A stretch of DNA of 57,966 nt, counting the filler, from Sphacelaria rigidula (taxonomy: Eukaryota), in assembly GCA_964200075.2 (NCBI GenBank). It is 8 parts of 8 records of this genome, joined end to end, with 100 filler letters (N's around TTAATTAATTAA, not from the genome) between each part and the next. Parts side by side here need not be neighbours in the genome. Positions count along the whole stretch, not along the records: positions 1 to 7,160 come from CAXNAA020016199.1; positions 7,261 to 14,420 come from CAXNAA020016200.1; 6 more parts are not named here. One strand, 5' to 3'. Of this stretch, positions 1 to 12,051 are shown one piece after another (the first letter of the stretch is position 1; each line of letters starts with the position of its first letter). A program made the translations under genes and the position numbers. The notes beneath the pieces are model-generated. The model saw only the letters and a list, made by a program, of their open reading frames with translations, did not search any database and was not told the origin of the DNA.

Positions 1-1401
1 TTCTTGTTCTTTTCTTTTTCGCCTTTTCTCGTCCCCCCCCCCCCCCCCCCCCCTTATTTTCACCATGCCTCTTACTTTTGTCTCGTACCCCCCACATTCA
101 CCTATGGACAGTATCTCGTCTTGGTTTCCTCTCATCTCCTTCCATACCTTCTCGACTACTCAATTTCACCCTATTCCAGTCCGTCCTTTCGTCATTTTCT
201 TGCTAGCAATATCTTTCTCTGCATGTTCTTTACGCTATATTGCTACATTGGAGGACGGGGGTTGGTGTGTGGAACCCTGCTTCCGAGCTCGATGGGGATC
301 CGCGTAGCGGCTTCGCCCGCGGACGTTGGGCTCGATTCACGCAATAGCAGCGTTGTTTCAAGCAGGTTCAATGAACTGATTCGTTGACACACCGTGCATT
401 CGATACATCCATGCGTGCCCAGGACGACGGTGAATCGCTAATGCACTCCATTCATATTCCATGGTGCTCACAGTATTTTTTGGAAGCATAAAATACCCGA
501 ATATTAGAGCTCGGAAATGGTACCAGGTATAACTGGCCATTATCATTACAATGGTGTGATATGGTAATGGCTATATGAAGATTTCGGATACTGGTTTCAA
601 ACCATTATTTACCGTTACCGGCTTTCTAAGCCTAAGCCGTGACCGGTTACGTATGCTACATACAACACACAGCCACAATAGATAATACACAACATGCCGC
701 GGCAGTCTTTTAAATTAAAAAAATCAGAGTGGGCTACTTTTCTCTTGATCGAAATCCCAAGTCAAGTACGCTATGTTCGTTCTCCTGAAAATTAGCCCAA
801 ATCTCACGTATTTTTCAGCTCTAGAAAACGTGCCTCCAGCGGGGCCCTCCGGGGGCGCCTCCGGCGGGCCTTCCTCTTCCCGGGGGGGCTTTGTGGCTCG
901 CGACTTCGCAGCTCGATGACCAAACCATTGCATACCATTTGACTGGTCAATGGTTGGACAAAATATTCGCGAGCTCTACCAAATATGCATATTTCGGTTT
1001 GCAAAGGTACATAATCTCGAATACAACGCGGAAACTTCCGACCGTTGTTCATGCCACTCACTCAACATTGAGAACACATCCAGGCAGCTTCCTATGTGCG
1101 CAGGCAACAAGATCCGCAACACAAGATGTAACGGAGCTATCATAAGATAAAAGCCTGCCAGTGCAGATTATTGTCCAGTACCGCCTATGCTGCCCGGAAT
1201 AATGAGCATGTTTTGGAGTCAAGATACCCTGGGGAACTCCGGAGTACTCAGAACACCCTTGACAATCGATTACATTGTCAAAACGTGTACTGTCTACAAT
1301 ACGGAATCTGCCTACAATACGGAATCTATCATCCATTGTAATAAACGCAATGGTCGATACTGTACACAGTATACGTTTTGACGATGTAATGTATTATTGT
1401 C

Positions 1402-1938
1402 CAGGGTGTGGTACTCATGTGTTTTCGGCATGCCATACCGTGGGTCCCCCGGATATACTGGGTACGTAGGCCAATGGGTGCGCGTGCTACTCAGTACATA
1501 TACTCACTGCTCCGGGTACATCACCGGGTAGTTCGGGGGTGATGACCCTAGATCCCTGGAATACTGCGTAATTTTGACTCTCCGTACCCTGGGCAACCGA
1601 AGCACTTACTACAACGGGTATCATACCGGGTATTTCGGGGGGTGAGTATCCGAGGTACCCGGTGGTACTCAGTACTTTTGACCCTTGTTCACACCCTGAA
1701 CAACATGTGGTCAAAGATGAAATAGGAAAAAAATGTTCTGGGTAAAGTATAGGCTTATTGCAACTGATGTCAATGCTGAGTGCCTTGGCTGTTCGTACCC
1801 CGGAAACCCTGGAACACTGCGCATTTTTGATAGGTCATACCCTGCAAATCTGATACACTGTGGTAGTCGGTGCCCTGTGTACTCCAAATACCCGGGCAAT
1901 CCGGGGTACCCCAGAGTCCCGTCCCGTACCGTACCCTG
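1402..1938. mobile_element. hAT-like MITE with GGGTAC/TACCC subterminal repeats
   Basis: The ends CAGGGTGTGGTAC and GTACCGTACCCTG are imperfect inverted repeats, with many internal ccgggta/taccc motifs. No clear 8-bp TSD. Confidence 0.45.
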
Positions 1939-2179
1939 ATCACCTTGCTGGACTATCGTAGATGTACTCTACGAAGCGAGGAACTGTCGCACAGTTGTTG
2001 ACTTTGCTGTCTTTCTCAGCTGTTTGGGCCGAACGATGCCCGCGATTAGCCAAAATAGCTCATGCCAGATCCTGACAAGGTGATACGATTCGAAACATAT
2101 GGCCGTCATTTCGCGCACAGCACAGTACCAGCATCAACCCCTCTTCACTGTTTTTGGTCAGCACAGGCGCTCGGTACAA

Positions 2180-2230
2180 TACAGCACAGCACAGTACAGT
2201 ACAGCGCAGCACAGTACAGTACAGTACAGT
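2180..2230. repeat. (CAGCA/CAGTA)n pentanucleotide microsatellite
   Basis: acagcacagcacagtacagtacagcgcagcacagtacagtacagtacagt. Confidence 0.85.
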
Positions 2231-2687
2231 GGGATGAGGTACCGTCACTCGTTTTAGGTGGTGGCATTAGATGAGCAGAGGCGCCACAGAATCACCTCTC
2301 GTATGGCAAAAAGGAATGTCCTGTTCCAAACTTTTCGAGCCGCAAGAGAAGGTGCAGCGGGAGAGAGACAACGGGTAGGAGCCTTTCCCTTGTACATAAT
2401 ATCGACCAATCAAGAATCGTTGTTCGTATGAAGCTTGTTCATGTGATGTCATGTAGTGTCATGTAGTGTCAACTCCCGCATCCGTAGAGAGTCATGTTGC
2501 ACCCGAGTTGCGTAAAAAGTACATCTCATGCGGTACTCTTGTTGTGATTCACACACAACCGTCACGCTCTTTCAACATTTCCATCGGGTATCGGCTTCTC
2601 CTCAGTCGACTGCACGCCGGCCGCAAACGTGTACCGTTGGCGCGGTGCGGGGGACCTGTGTGTTCGCTGCTGCGCGGCAGCCTCATT

Positions 2688-2896
2688 GTAAGGCGTGGGA
2701 GGACTGCGTGCTTTTTTGGACCGCGTCGGAGTTTGAAACACCACTCGGCTGGAGTTAGGGTTAGGGTTAGGGACAAAGGAAGGGTCAGCGGCGCGGCCCT
2801 TGCAGGGACAGGCCCGAGCGGTCTTGAGAACTTCGATTCTGGGAGTGGTCAAATTCCGATCCGGTCCAAAAAGCACGCGGTCCTCCCACGCATTAC
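2688..2896. mobile_element. Small foldback/MITE with internal (TTAGGG)3
   Basis: ~35-bp inverted arms (2688-2723 and 2862-2896) with TA near both ends; TTAGGG x3 at 2755-2772. Confidence 0.7.
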
Positions 2897-2996
2897 GCTC
2901 ATTCTTCAAGCAACTGCTACGGAGGCGGAGGCGGAGGCGGAGGCAAGCAGCGCCGCTAAACAGTACCACAAGAGCGCTGCTCCTGTTCTTGCACTA

Positions 2997-3593
2997 CGAG
3001 CTGGTCCAGCTTGAAAGCTGCTCAAACTTGCTCACACCACAGCTGCCCCAGTTTCCCGAATGAACCCGATGTAAGCATATCACTGTGAAGTGTAGACCAA
3101 CCTGGTGACACACGGCACCGCCGCTGAATTGAAAAGAAAAAACAAAAAATGTACTGCATAATGTATGGCCTTAGCGACGGACGAAAAAAAAAGAATCTGT
3201 GGGGATTCGAACTCATGACCTTCATAATTGGAGTCTCTCATCACTTGATTTATAGGGGTGCAGGAGCGTCACGGAAAATGTTTAACGCGCGACCCAATTC
3301 GACGAGTCTTGAGCTGAAATTTTAGGAAGACCTTCTGCGCCCAAGGGACTGATACTTCACGAGTCCAGCTGCAGATTATCCTTTTTTTCCTGGACTTGAA
3401 GCATTATCTTGTTTTCGCTGAAATTTCAAATGCCCATGACATCTTATTTTTGTGCTTTTTTGTTTGCCGGACCCGTGATCTTCTGCATTTTGATCATGAA
3501 AAGCTGCAGTCAATTTTTCAGCGTCCAACTCCTGATATCGCGCCGTGCGTCGCCTGAGCGAGATTCACACGTACTCTTGGCTGGCCCAGCTCG
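2997..3593 (+). mobile_element. Tc1/mariner-pogo-type MITE (family A, ~600 bp)
   Basis: TIRs CGAGCTGG(T/G)CCAGC ... GCTGGCCCAGCTCG flanked by TA on both sides; a highly similar full-length copy lies at 35212-35804. Confidence 0.88.
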
Positions 3594-6500
3594 TAGTCAT
3601 TTTCCAGTGATTGTCACATGCTATTGCCATGATTCAGCTGTAGTGTGGTGGCTGCTGCAGTAGCCCTTGGCGTTATTATAGCAACGTACCCCGACGTGAA
3701 GACGAGGAGCATGAGCGACAGAGGCACTTTCGACTGCGAATCCGATCGTTCTAGGTGGCCGGTCCCCCAGAGAAACTTTGTTTAAAACTGGGTTATCACC
3801 ACGTACCCTTATGTTCTATGACGTGTACTCTTGATATCCCCCATCATATGTCATGCTACTTGGCCAAAACACGTTCCCCATCAGTGAAGGTTGAAACCAC
3901 ACAGTCATTCCTCTTCGGATCCGCAAGGCTTACGGCAGACAATCCCAGTTGGTGACGCCATTGAGGTAACACCTGGGTTGCTTCAGACGGTAACCCCAAA
4001 ATGCAGGATGAGAGTTCTCCGCCTTGTTCCTGACGGAAGGTGTAGGTCTCATGTTGCGTACATTCCGAATCCGTGCTCGGGGTATAGAATCATGAATCAT
4101 GAGTGTTTTTTTGTGAAGTGTACATTCTTGCTCTGCCTCATGAGTGTACATACTTCCTCAGTCTCAAAAGTCTGGGCACTTACGGTTGCACAAGCCCGTA
4201 ACGGTGTGATCTTTGATTTTCAATCTTTTTATTGCCTTCGTCGGCGTTTTTTCAGCTAAAACCATCAATCTTTCTACAACGTGGCTGCTTGACCCATGCC
4301 GCCGCGCGGCCGAGAAGAACTAGGTCGGTCCAAAAACGGCCATTTTTCGCTCGTTTTCCCAGAGAAGCATGAGAGACGCGGGAACACGAAAAATGGCGAA
4401 AACTGGGCCAGAAAGTGTGAAAGTCGCGAAACTACCGTTGCTTTTGGACATGTCCGTAATATTCACCTACGCACGCCGCATCCAACATTTTTCTAACATG
4501 TCATCGCTAGTGCGCGACGTGAGAACATCCAGAACCGGTCAATGATGGGTTATAAATGGATAAGAAAAATGCCAAAAATGAGGTATTTTTCGACACGATT
4601 TTAGTGATGAAAACAAGTTTTTTTTTCGTTTTTTTCATAGGATGATCGTCAACATTGAAATACCCGAACGATTAGATAGACGCCCGTAAGTGCCCACACT
4701 CATGAGACAGAGACAGTACTTTTTTACTCTTCGCCACCGTGTATCAGCGGCAATATCGAACATTGTGGGCAAAAATCCCTGCCCTTGTGCAGTGAAAAAT
4801 AGGCTCAACTCCGAGAAGAGATGAAACCAAAACACGTGCTTCACCGCCACCGACAGCGCATCCCGCTGGCACCCCTTACCGGTCGTGGGCAGAGAAGGGC
4901 GCTTTGGCTTGTGCTCGCCCTCGCGTGGCGGCTGCCCCAACGAAAAATCAATACATCAGTATGTTGGTGCCGTATCGATTATGTCGGCTGCTCCAATTTC
5001 CAAAATGTGTTACTGAAACGAAGCTGGCCACTGCAGAGCCCTAGGAAACGTCCATGGTGAGAGAGCGTGCGCTTGTGAAGGAAGGTGTACTGCACGGCCT
5101 CGCATGATGGTGCAAGCCCCACCTGAAATATGGATATACATGTCGGGTTCCAGGCTCATCTGGGATACTACCCAAGAGTTGACGTCATCCTGGACATCCA
5201 TCTGCGATACTCATCCGACACTTATCTGTGTACACGGCACAGCCCCATCAGCTCGGGCCATCTAGTACGTACAGTATTGGGCGGTCTAACTATTCATTTT
5301 ATGGCATTTTGTGATTTTTTCGTAATTGGCGATTTTCTCGGACTCTTTTCGCTTGCCATCGCTAGTCACATCGGGGATCTGAAGATCTTTGTATCCGCTC
5401 CGCATTTCAAGAAGAAAAAATCATCTGTACCCAACATTGAGTGACTTACGAGCTGACCAGTCATCGGGGGTCTGCCACGTTTCAACCCAGATTCCTACTC
5501 TTCTGTACTCTCGGTCGATCAAGCCTGTCCCGATTATATTTGTCAAGAATTGTAGAGTTTTATTTTCCCGAAATTCTGCCTGCATATTGCGCTAGGGCCG
5601 AAAAACTGTGTTTTACAGTCAATAACACCCTCCTGATTAACGGGGTATTTACTCGTTTTGCCCGATAACACCAACTGGCACTGACTTGGGCACTATGTTC
5701 CGAGGATGATCTGTTCATTGTACCAAAATCTACCGACGCTAGCAATTTCTAGTTCTATCGAAGAGGAGTACGCGAGGAAATGCCCTAAACACCCCCAAAT
5801 AGTCAGACCGCCCACTACTGTATGTCCTGCATCAGCTCACCCTTCGAAGTGCCCCATCAACGCGCACCGCACTGCGCTCCACCCAAGCACGCTAGCCTAG
5901 ATGTATAGTCACCGGCGTGCCAGTTGTCCACGTATTAGCGACGGTGTCAAAGGGACGGTCGTTGTGTTGGGTTTGGCCAAGTTATGTCCTGGAAGCCTTC
6001 ACCAGCAAAATTTTCCCCACGTCCCTGATGAATGTCCTCAGGATGTCCATTTCCCAGGTGGATATCCCACGTGGACCTCAGATGCGAGATGAACGTCGCA
6101 GAAGGGTCTACAGTACATATTACAGATGCACGAAGCACGACTCTGTAGACCTTCCAGGCGCTGTCAGAGTTACTCTACCGAACCTACATACACCAATTCG
6201 AACGTTTAGTGGTGAAGTAAAGGGTAGCGAACACGGTCTGATGGGCTGTGGAGAACTATGCGTGCACGCTCCGGGCGTTAACCTGCAGCCAGCTCAAGCG
6301 GGGGCGAGTGTATACTCAGGAAGGAGTTTGAGGGTCTCTCAGTCGCAATGGCAGGTCCTATCACGGTAGTGCGTGGTACCCGAGTGATTCCATAGTACCT
6401 TTTAAAGGCACTTGGGGTACCAGAGAGTAAACTACTCGTGGCTGCTCTGGTATACCGAACACTCTCCCCGTCAAAATTCCAGGGTAATACGTGGTAGCTG

Positions 6501-6764
6501 GATGATTTCAGCCGTGGATACCCGACGTACCCTCGAGTATTGGGTACTCACTCGTGAGGTTTGTCGGTAAATCAGGTTTGAGCCGTGAACTTTCCGCGAA
6601 TCAGGTGCCACGACATCCCCACAAAAGCTCCATGAAAGGGTCGATGCTGCTATGACTATCGCAAAGCTACCTTCGTTTCATGGGAGGGAACTACCTTGGG
6701 GACCAGTAATGCTACTTCCCCCCGCTCACACACAACAGCCTATTTTTCTCGAAAACGTTCACAG

Positions 6765-6869
6765 GCTACGAGGCTGATGGACGTGATTGTCGACCGGGCT
6801 ATGGACGACGAGCAACCCGGAGGTCCGCAGCAAGAGCTGCAATACACGGACAAGATATTCTTTTTCGAG
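6765..6869 (+). CDS. Candidate internal exon of an unknown gene (ATRLMDVIVDRAMDDEQPGGPQQELQYTDKIFFFE)
   Basis: ttcacag acceptor, GAG|GTGATT donor, 105-nt open phase 0/0 frame. No recognisable family. Confidence 0.35.
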
Positions 6870-7160
6870 GTGATTGGAAGAATATACGTACTTTGATAGT
6901 TTGTGAAGTTGAATAATACTACGATGTCTCCATTGGTGATCGGACAAGAGAGGATGCTCTCAAGATACTCTTTCGGCGTTGTCAGGGTGCGCTTTACACA
7001 TTTTCACCCCAACCAAGGCCGATCGACTGGTGTACCGGCAAGCTTTGATGCTTAGGACGGGTCGCTGAGCTTATGATGGTACATGCCATTTTTTCTTCTT
7101 TTTTTTTCTCTCCCCGTTGAACTCGGTGGGCCTAGTTCTCCACCGGCTGCGTGGCGTCGG

Positions 7161-7260
7161 NNNNNNNNNNNNNNNNNNNNNNNNNNNNNNNNNNNNNNNN
7201 NNNNTTAATTAATTAANNNNNNNNNNNNNNNNNNNNNNNNNNNNNNNNNNNNNNNNNNNN
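7161..7260. other. Artificial contig linker (N44-TTAATTAATTAA-N44); the same linker occurs at 14421-14520, 21680-21779, 28938-29037, 36196-36295, 43453-43552 and 50710-50809
   Basis: Seven identical 100-bp spacers with a six-frame-stop core. The intervening segments are 7160, 7160, 7159, 7158, 7158, 7157, 7157 and 7157 bp, i.e. length-sorted contigs. Confidence 0.98.
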
Positions 7261-7539
7261 GGGGGGGAGATGGGTTGATCCCTTGAGACCACGGACTCAT
7301 CTCGAGGAAGGGGAGAAGTTCAAAGTGTGAGAAAAAAAAACGAGGCATTCATTTTTTCGCTCGATATACGTTAACATAGTTGAACCACTGTGGCGTCTGT
7401 CAGTACACCCACGCAATACCGAACACAGCTTCGTGCGGAGACGTACGTATCCTACACTGCCAGACATCCTTACCCCCACCTACTCAGCTTGCATGTTAAG
7501 CGAGGCACTTCCCGGTACACGGTGAAAGCGCCGACTGAC

Positions 7540-7676
7540 CTTTTCCGCCTTGTAGGTGAGCATTAGAGTGGTCACCAGGTGGTGAATAACGCTATTAAGG
7601 CCTGGACACAGCCCACCACAGGTCACAACTGCTGCTCGAACCTCGGTACTGACAAAATGGAGCTCCGGTCGCGGAC
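7540..7676 (-). CDS. PFK: 6-phosphofructokinase (plant/protist ATP-PFK type), exon (G)PRPELHFVSTEVRAAVVTCGGLCPGLNSVIHHLV...AEK; gene continues beyond the contig end
   Basis: Diagnostic TCGGLCPGLN motif; AAAG acceptor and AAG|GTCAGT donor; phase-compatible with the upstream exon, giving FLRAGPR. Confidence 0.92.
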
Positions 7677-8357
7677 CTTTGAACAAACGCAAACAGTTCA
7701 GCGCACCACAGCGTGTATGTAAGATTGTCAGCTCCAGAGCGACGTACCCGGATGGTCAAAGAGGGGCCAAAGAGGTACAAGAGACGATCGATCGGCTAGC
7801 CTGGGCGCATTCATGGATTCGAATGCAGACAATAGAGCAAGGATATGTTCATTGTTTGCCGTCGTGCAACGCTTGCAAACGTAAGTCGGTAAGTTGGTAA
7901 AAACTCTCGACGAAAGTCGACGGGCTACAGTAGTGCTGATGGTGGCAATACTATAGTCAGCATCCAATGCTCGATTGCAAAGTGACGTGTAACTACTGAG
8001 AGAGACAGTGTGATCCCTCCAGACTATGAACTCATTCCGAGGATGGGATGGGACGGGAGTTGAAATAACGACGGGAAATAAATAAAAGTGCCGCAGCTGT
8101 TCCTGACACGAATGTTGGGTGACAAGCACTTTCTCCACAACCTGTACATTGTGATGGGGTTTCATCGACGACGTTCGAATTCTACTTAGTATTGGGCGGC
8201 GATAACATAGCACTCCGTGGTGCGGTAAAGTATGCCCCGGAGAGAACATTGACAGGGTGGCCTTTTTTTTCATCTCCCCACTACCCTCACGACTCCGGTC
8301 CTTGATGAGAAACCGCAGGAGAAATCCCAGCATGCGTGAGCACGTTCTGCTTCTCAC

Positions 8358-8411
8358 CTGCGCGCAGGAAGGCTTTGGCCGTCGGTGGCTTGTTCTTGTC
8401 TCGCACGTGCT
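8358..8411 (-). CDS. PFK: PFK exon (E)HVRDKNKPPTAKAFLRA(G)
   Basis: CTTCTGCAG acceptor, CAG|GTGAGA donor, phase 1/1; supplies the conserved FxRAGPR motif. Confidence 0.85.
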
Positions 8412-8837
8412 CTGCAGAAGGAGCAATCCCATCAAAGTATTCGCAACGCAGAAGAGCACCATCCAAATCCAGCGCCAAGCAACCGATACACGAAGGGCGA
8501 ATCCATTTGTCACCACGGAGCGGCGCATCAAACAGACGGTAACGATGTGTGACAAACTGAAGGATATCCAAGACGAATCATGTCACCATACTCAATATTT
8601 CCGCGCCGCAGGATCAAGGCAACGGTATACAGCATTCCACATCGCAGCACCAAGCTAATATGGTGCTGCATGTGGAGACTATTCGCTTGTCCACAGTGAA
8701 GCGTCCATTTTGACAAGCCTTGGCGGTGAGACCCTCCAAAATGCAGTAACGTCGCACGCAAAAACCGGGCACCACTACTGAGCATACACCGCCGCTCACC
8801 CACCAAAAACCCGGTGAAACTTCAAGCCGTGTCTTAC

Positions 8838-8992
8838 CGTAAATGATGCAATCCCTCTCGCTGATGAGCTTGTTGTAATAGGTGGGGTTTCCCTGAGTGT
8901 TGACCGTGATCTCTCGATTGGGCATCGAGGACGATGGAAACTTGACGCCTAGATTGGGGACCTCGCACATGATGATCTTCTCCAGAGTCATC
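8838..8992 (-). CDS. PFK: PFK exon MTLEKIIMCEVPNLGVKFPSS...NPTYYNKLISERDCIIY
   Basis: TGCTGCAG acceptor, ACG|GTAAGA donor, phase 2/1 matching the next exon; VPxL...NP.Y resembles the plant PFK N-terminal segment. Confidence 0.75.
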
Positions 8993-10188
8993 CTGCAGCA
9001 CGTACATTACAAATAAACGCCGCGGTTCAGGCTACATACAAATAGGGTCGTCCTATCAGACGTTCCATCATGGATCACACACAGCCAACAGCACGGTACA
9101 TGCGCAGGACACATTGACCGCATTTCCGTGACAGGAAGGCACACTGTCGAGATAACAGGCGACGGGGCCGCACGCTTGACTGAGTTCATGTATCGTGAAG
9201 TTCGGCAGGAAGAAGAGCTCTCACGCAGGGTGCGTTGAAGTCGTGTATCGAACTAGAGATCATGATTCCGAAAGGCTTCAATACTAGAACCGTCCTGTGG
9301 CTGGTCGCTATGGTATATATCACAGCGTGTCATCAGAACGTTTCTAAAATCGTGACGGTCAGGTCCCGTTGACCATCTCGGGATCAAGCACCTCTGCGCT
9401 GACGATTTGGAATTGTGTTTTTCATGCCGGTATGATATGTTCCTACTTTTTACCCGATGTTTTGGACAAACGGCAAGATTGTCGGACGTGCGCACACGTC
9501 GAAGGAAATGCCACGCATGGATGAACACTTCACCGTCCCTTGTATATGCAAATCGGTGCAACGCACATCAGTATCGATAGGTAGAAACGCAAAGGAGTCC
9601 GTGGTGAACCCTCGTGCAGCACAGTCGGCTCCAAGCGTATATCCACCACCATCAACACCCGGGAGCAGCATTATACACACTGCATAGTAGCCATGAACAC
9701 AACCTGCAAGTTGCGCTGACCTGTATTAGTGCTGCCGCTTTGGTGCGTTGTGGTACCCTCCTACCCTCCTATATGCTACAGCCGTGAGTTGGGCCTCATT
9801 AAGCCTTACTTTGATAATCACATTTCCTTTCATCAGATCTGCTTGTTCGCCAAGGGCATGCGCCGCCCTCCCCCCCCCCACCCCCCTCCCTCTCTGTACA
9901 GATGATGTACTGTAATGCACGACATGACAAATAGCATGTGCGTGGACTATGAAATGTGTGTAGCAGTAGCACTGTACTCGCTGGCACAGCCCAAGATCAC
10001 ATGCAACAAGCATGCAGGATGGCGTGCAAGCACTCTGTTGCCTCGCAGCATGAGCAACAGTTATTTTCATGAACAAATGGAACATGTCCGGCCTGACCGG
10101 AAGATCGGTTGTCCGTTGACTTAGCTCATGAGCAACCTGAAAATCACTCCTTATTAGTATCTGTATCTACTCTGCTGCCCTGAATCCC

Positions 10189-10324
<136 letters not shown>

Positions 10325-11034
10325 CTATCATGTCGCTCTGGTCAACTTTTTTCTGTTCCTTCTTTTCTTTAGCGAATGTTTCAATTTTGTTTTTCTTGAA
10401 TACGTCTATCATGACGCCACGGCTGGACCCCTGGGAGGTCAGTTAGAGTGCGACAATCAAATCAAAATCAAAATCAAAATCAAATCAGTGTGCTGATCCG
10501 GATCATGAGCTAGCTCCTTCGGGCCCTTTTTCTATATTTTCTCCCTACAACACTGGACACTGGGCACACGGCGAAGCGCAAAGGTAGCGCTTTGGTCTCT
10601 CGCACCCTGCTGTCACGTACTTTGTGTTATTGAACAAGGGATCTAGGAGTATTCTTCGATTAGTCATTCCAGGTAGAACATGAGCTGTCCCACGTGTGCA
10701 ACACAGCCCCTCGCGACTCGTTTACACGCGACAAGAGAGTGTGGCGCGTGCAACAGAGTACAGTATGCTTGGGGTGCCTTGTAAGTTCGGTGTGAGTCGC
10801 TCGGTCATGTGAACTACTTGTCATGCGTCGCGTCGTGCGTAGTGCAGCATACCACAGTACAGCAAGGGAGTTTTGCAATTTTTCTTGCCATGGTATATGA
10901 CATGACCTTGTTAAGGGTCATCAGCACAAGCCGGACGTGCTGTGTTAAGGAACTGATGCCACTGCAGCGTTTGCACAAAATGATTAATGTATAAAACATA
11001 TCGATTTATTTTCAAGTCGAGTTTCTCTTTCTTT

Positions 11035-11221
11035 GGCGTGTTTCAGCACATGAGTTTTCGATCGAAAAAGTGCGGTGGAAAACAAAAATCCGGATCGGAT
11101 AGGTTGTGATTGCAACCATCTTCAAAATAAACGACGATGGTTGAAATTACGACCTATCAGATCGGAGTTTTTCTTTTCCACCGCACATTTTCGATTGAAA
11201 AATATTGTGCGAAGACACGCC
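11035..11221. repeat. Imperfect 187-bp hairpin (86-bp arms, 15-nt loop)
   Basis: 11035-11120 is the reverse complement of 11136-11221, roughly 80% identical by eye. Confidence 0.9.
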
Positions 11222-11233
11222 CTTACAGGGCAA

Positions 11234-11692
11234 CTCTAATGGGAGCCGTTCAAACATCCTGTAGAAAATTGCCTGTCGAGCCCTTCTCCGTCGATTTACG
11301 CATGGAAGGAGGGCTAGGCGGATGTTGACGCCTTGGAATGACTTGCTGTACTCGTTGAGACCGTTCCAGGGAAACTTCGCGTCTCCCGCTGGCCGCAGTT
11401 TTGGTTTTGGCCACACGATTTTCAATATAAGACGGTCAGGTGATGAAAAAAGGATTGGCAGTTCCCCCCCCTGTTTTTCATCACTTGACCACTTACATTG
11501 AAAGTGCGTGTATGGCCAACAACAAAACTGCGGCCAGCGGGGAATGCGAAGTTGCCCTGGACCGGTCTTGACGAGTAGAGCAAGTCATTCAAAGGGGTCA
11601 ACATCCGCCTAGCCCTGTTTTCAGGCGTAAAACGACGGAGAAGGGGTCAACATGAAGGGTTTAACAGCAATTTTGAACCGCTCCCATCAGAG
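11234..11692. repeat. ~460-bp imperfect palindrome/foldback element centred near 11462
   Basis: Arms pair throughout, e.g. gggctaggcggatgttgac with gtcaacatccgcctagccc and gctggccgcagtttt with aaaactgcggccagc; a related single arm lies at 14086-14228. Confidence 0.9.
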
Positions 11693-11850
11693 CTCGTCTC
11701 AGCTGCTACCCCCCTTTTTCTTTACCGAATCGAACCGTAATATTGCGTGCTGGGACCCTCTTGAGTACGATACTTCCGCCGAAAGCCCCGCGGAAGAAGT
11801 TCACATGGTATCAATGACTGCCAGCATATATTTCATATAATAGTACCAAC

Positions 11851-12051
11851 CGTGACCCGCCTTCGCTTGTCTCTCGTCCAAGTTGCACAGCACTGTCATC
11901 AAGCACTCGCACACAAAGCCGTGGTTGCCTGGCACCGGACAAGGAAGGCTGAGTAAATGTCAAAACGGACGTAACTATGGACATTTTCCTCGATTCAGTC
12001 TTAGCCACCGGGGAGTTCATCTGGCCATTCAAACGGCACGTAAGTGCCCAT
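11851..12051 (-). CDS. Possible upstream PFK exon (WALTCRLNGQMNSPVAKTESRKM...RETSEGGSR)
   Basis: Open 201-nt frame, CAG acceptor, CG|GTTGGT phase-2 donor compatible with the exon starting at 8992. Weak polypyrimidine tract and no homology evidence. Confidence 0.3.

Noticed and set aside
245..363. Terminal repeat of a DIRS/Ngaro-like element
   Set aside because: The resemblance is from memory only; there is no second copy or linked coding domain in this window.
2755..2772. True telomere
   Set aside because: Only three units, internal to the contig and enclosed by inverted arms.
7205..7216. TTAATTAATTAA as a biological palindrome or piggyBac TTAA site
   Set aside because: It is always centred in identical N runs, so it is an assembly linker.
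7728..8555. 275-aa ORF
   Set aside because: No recognisable motif; it overlaps a PFK exon in another frame plus intron.
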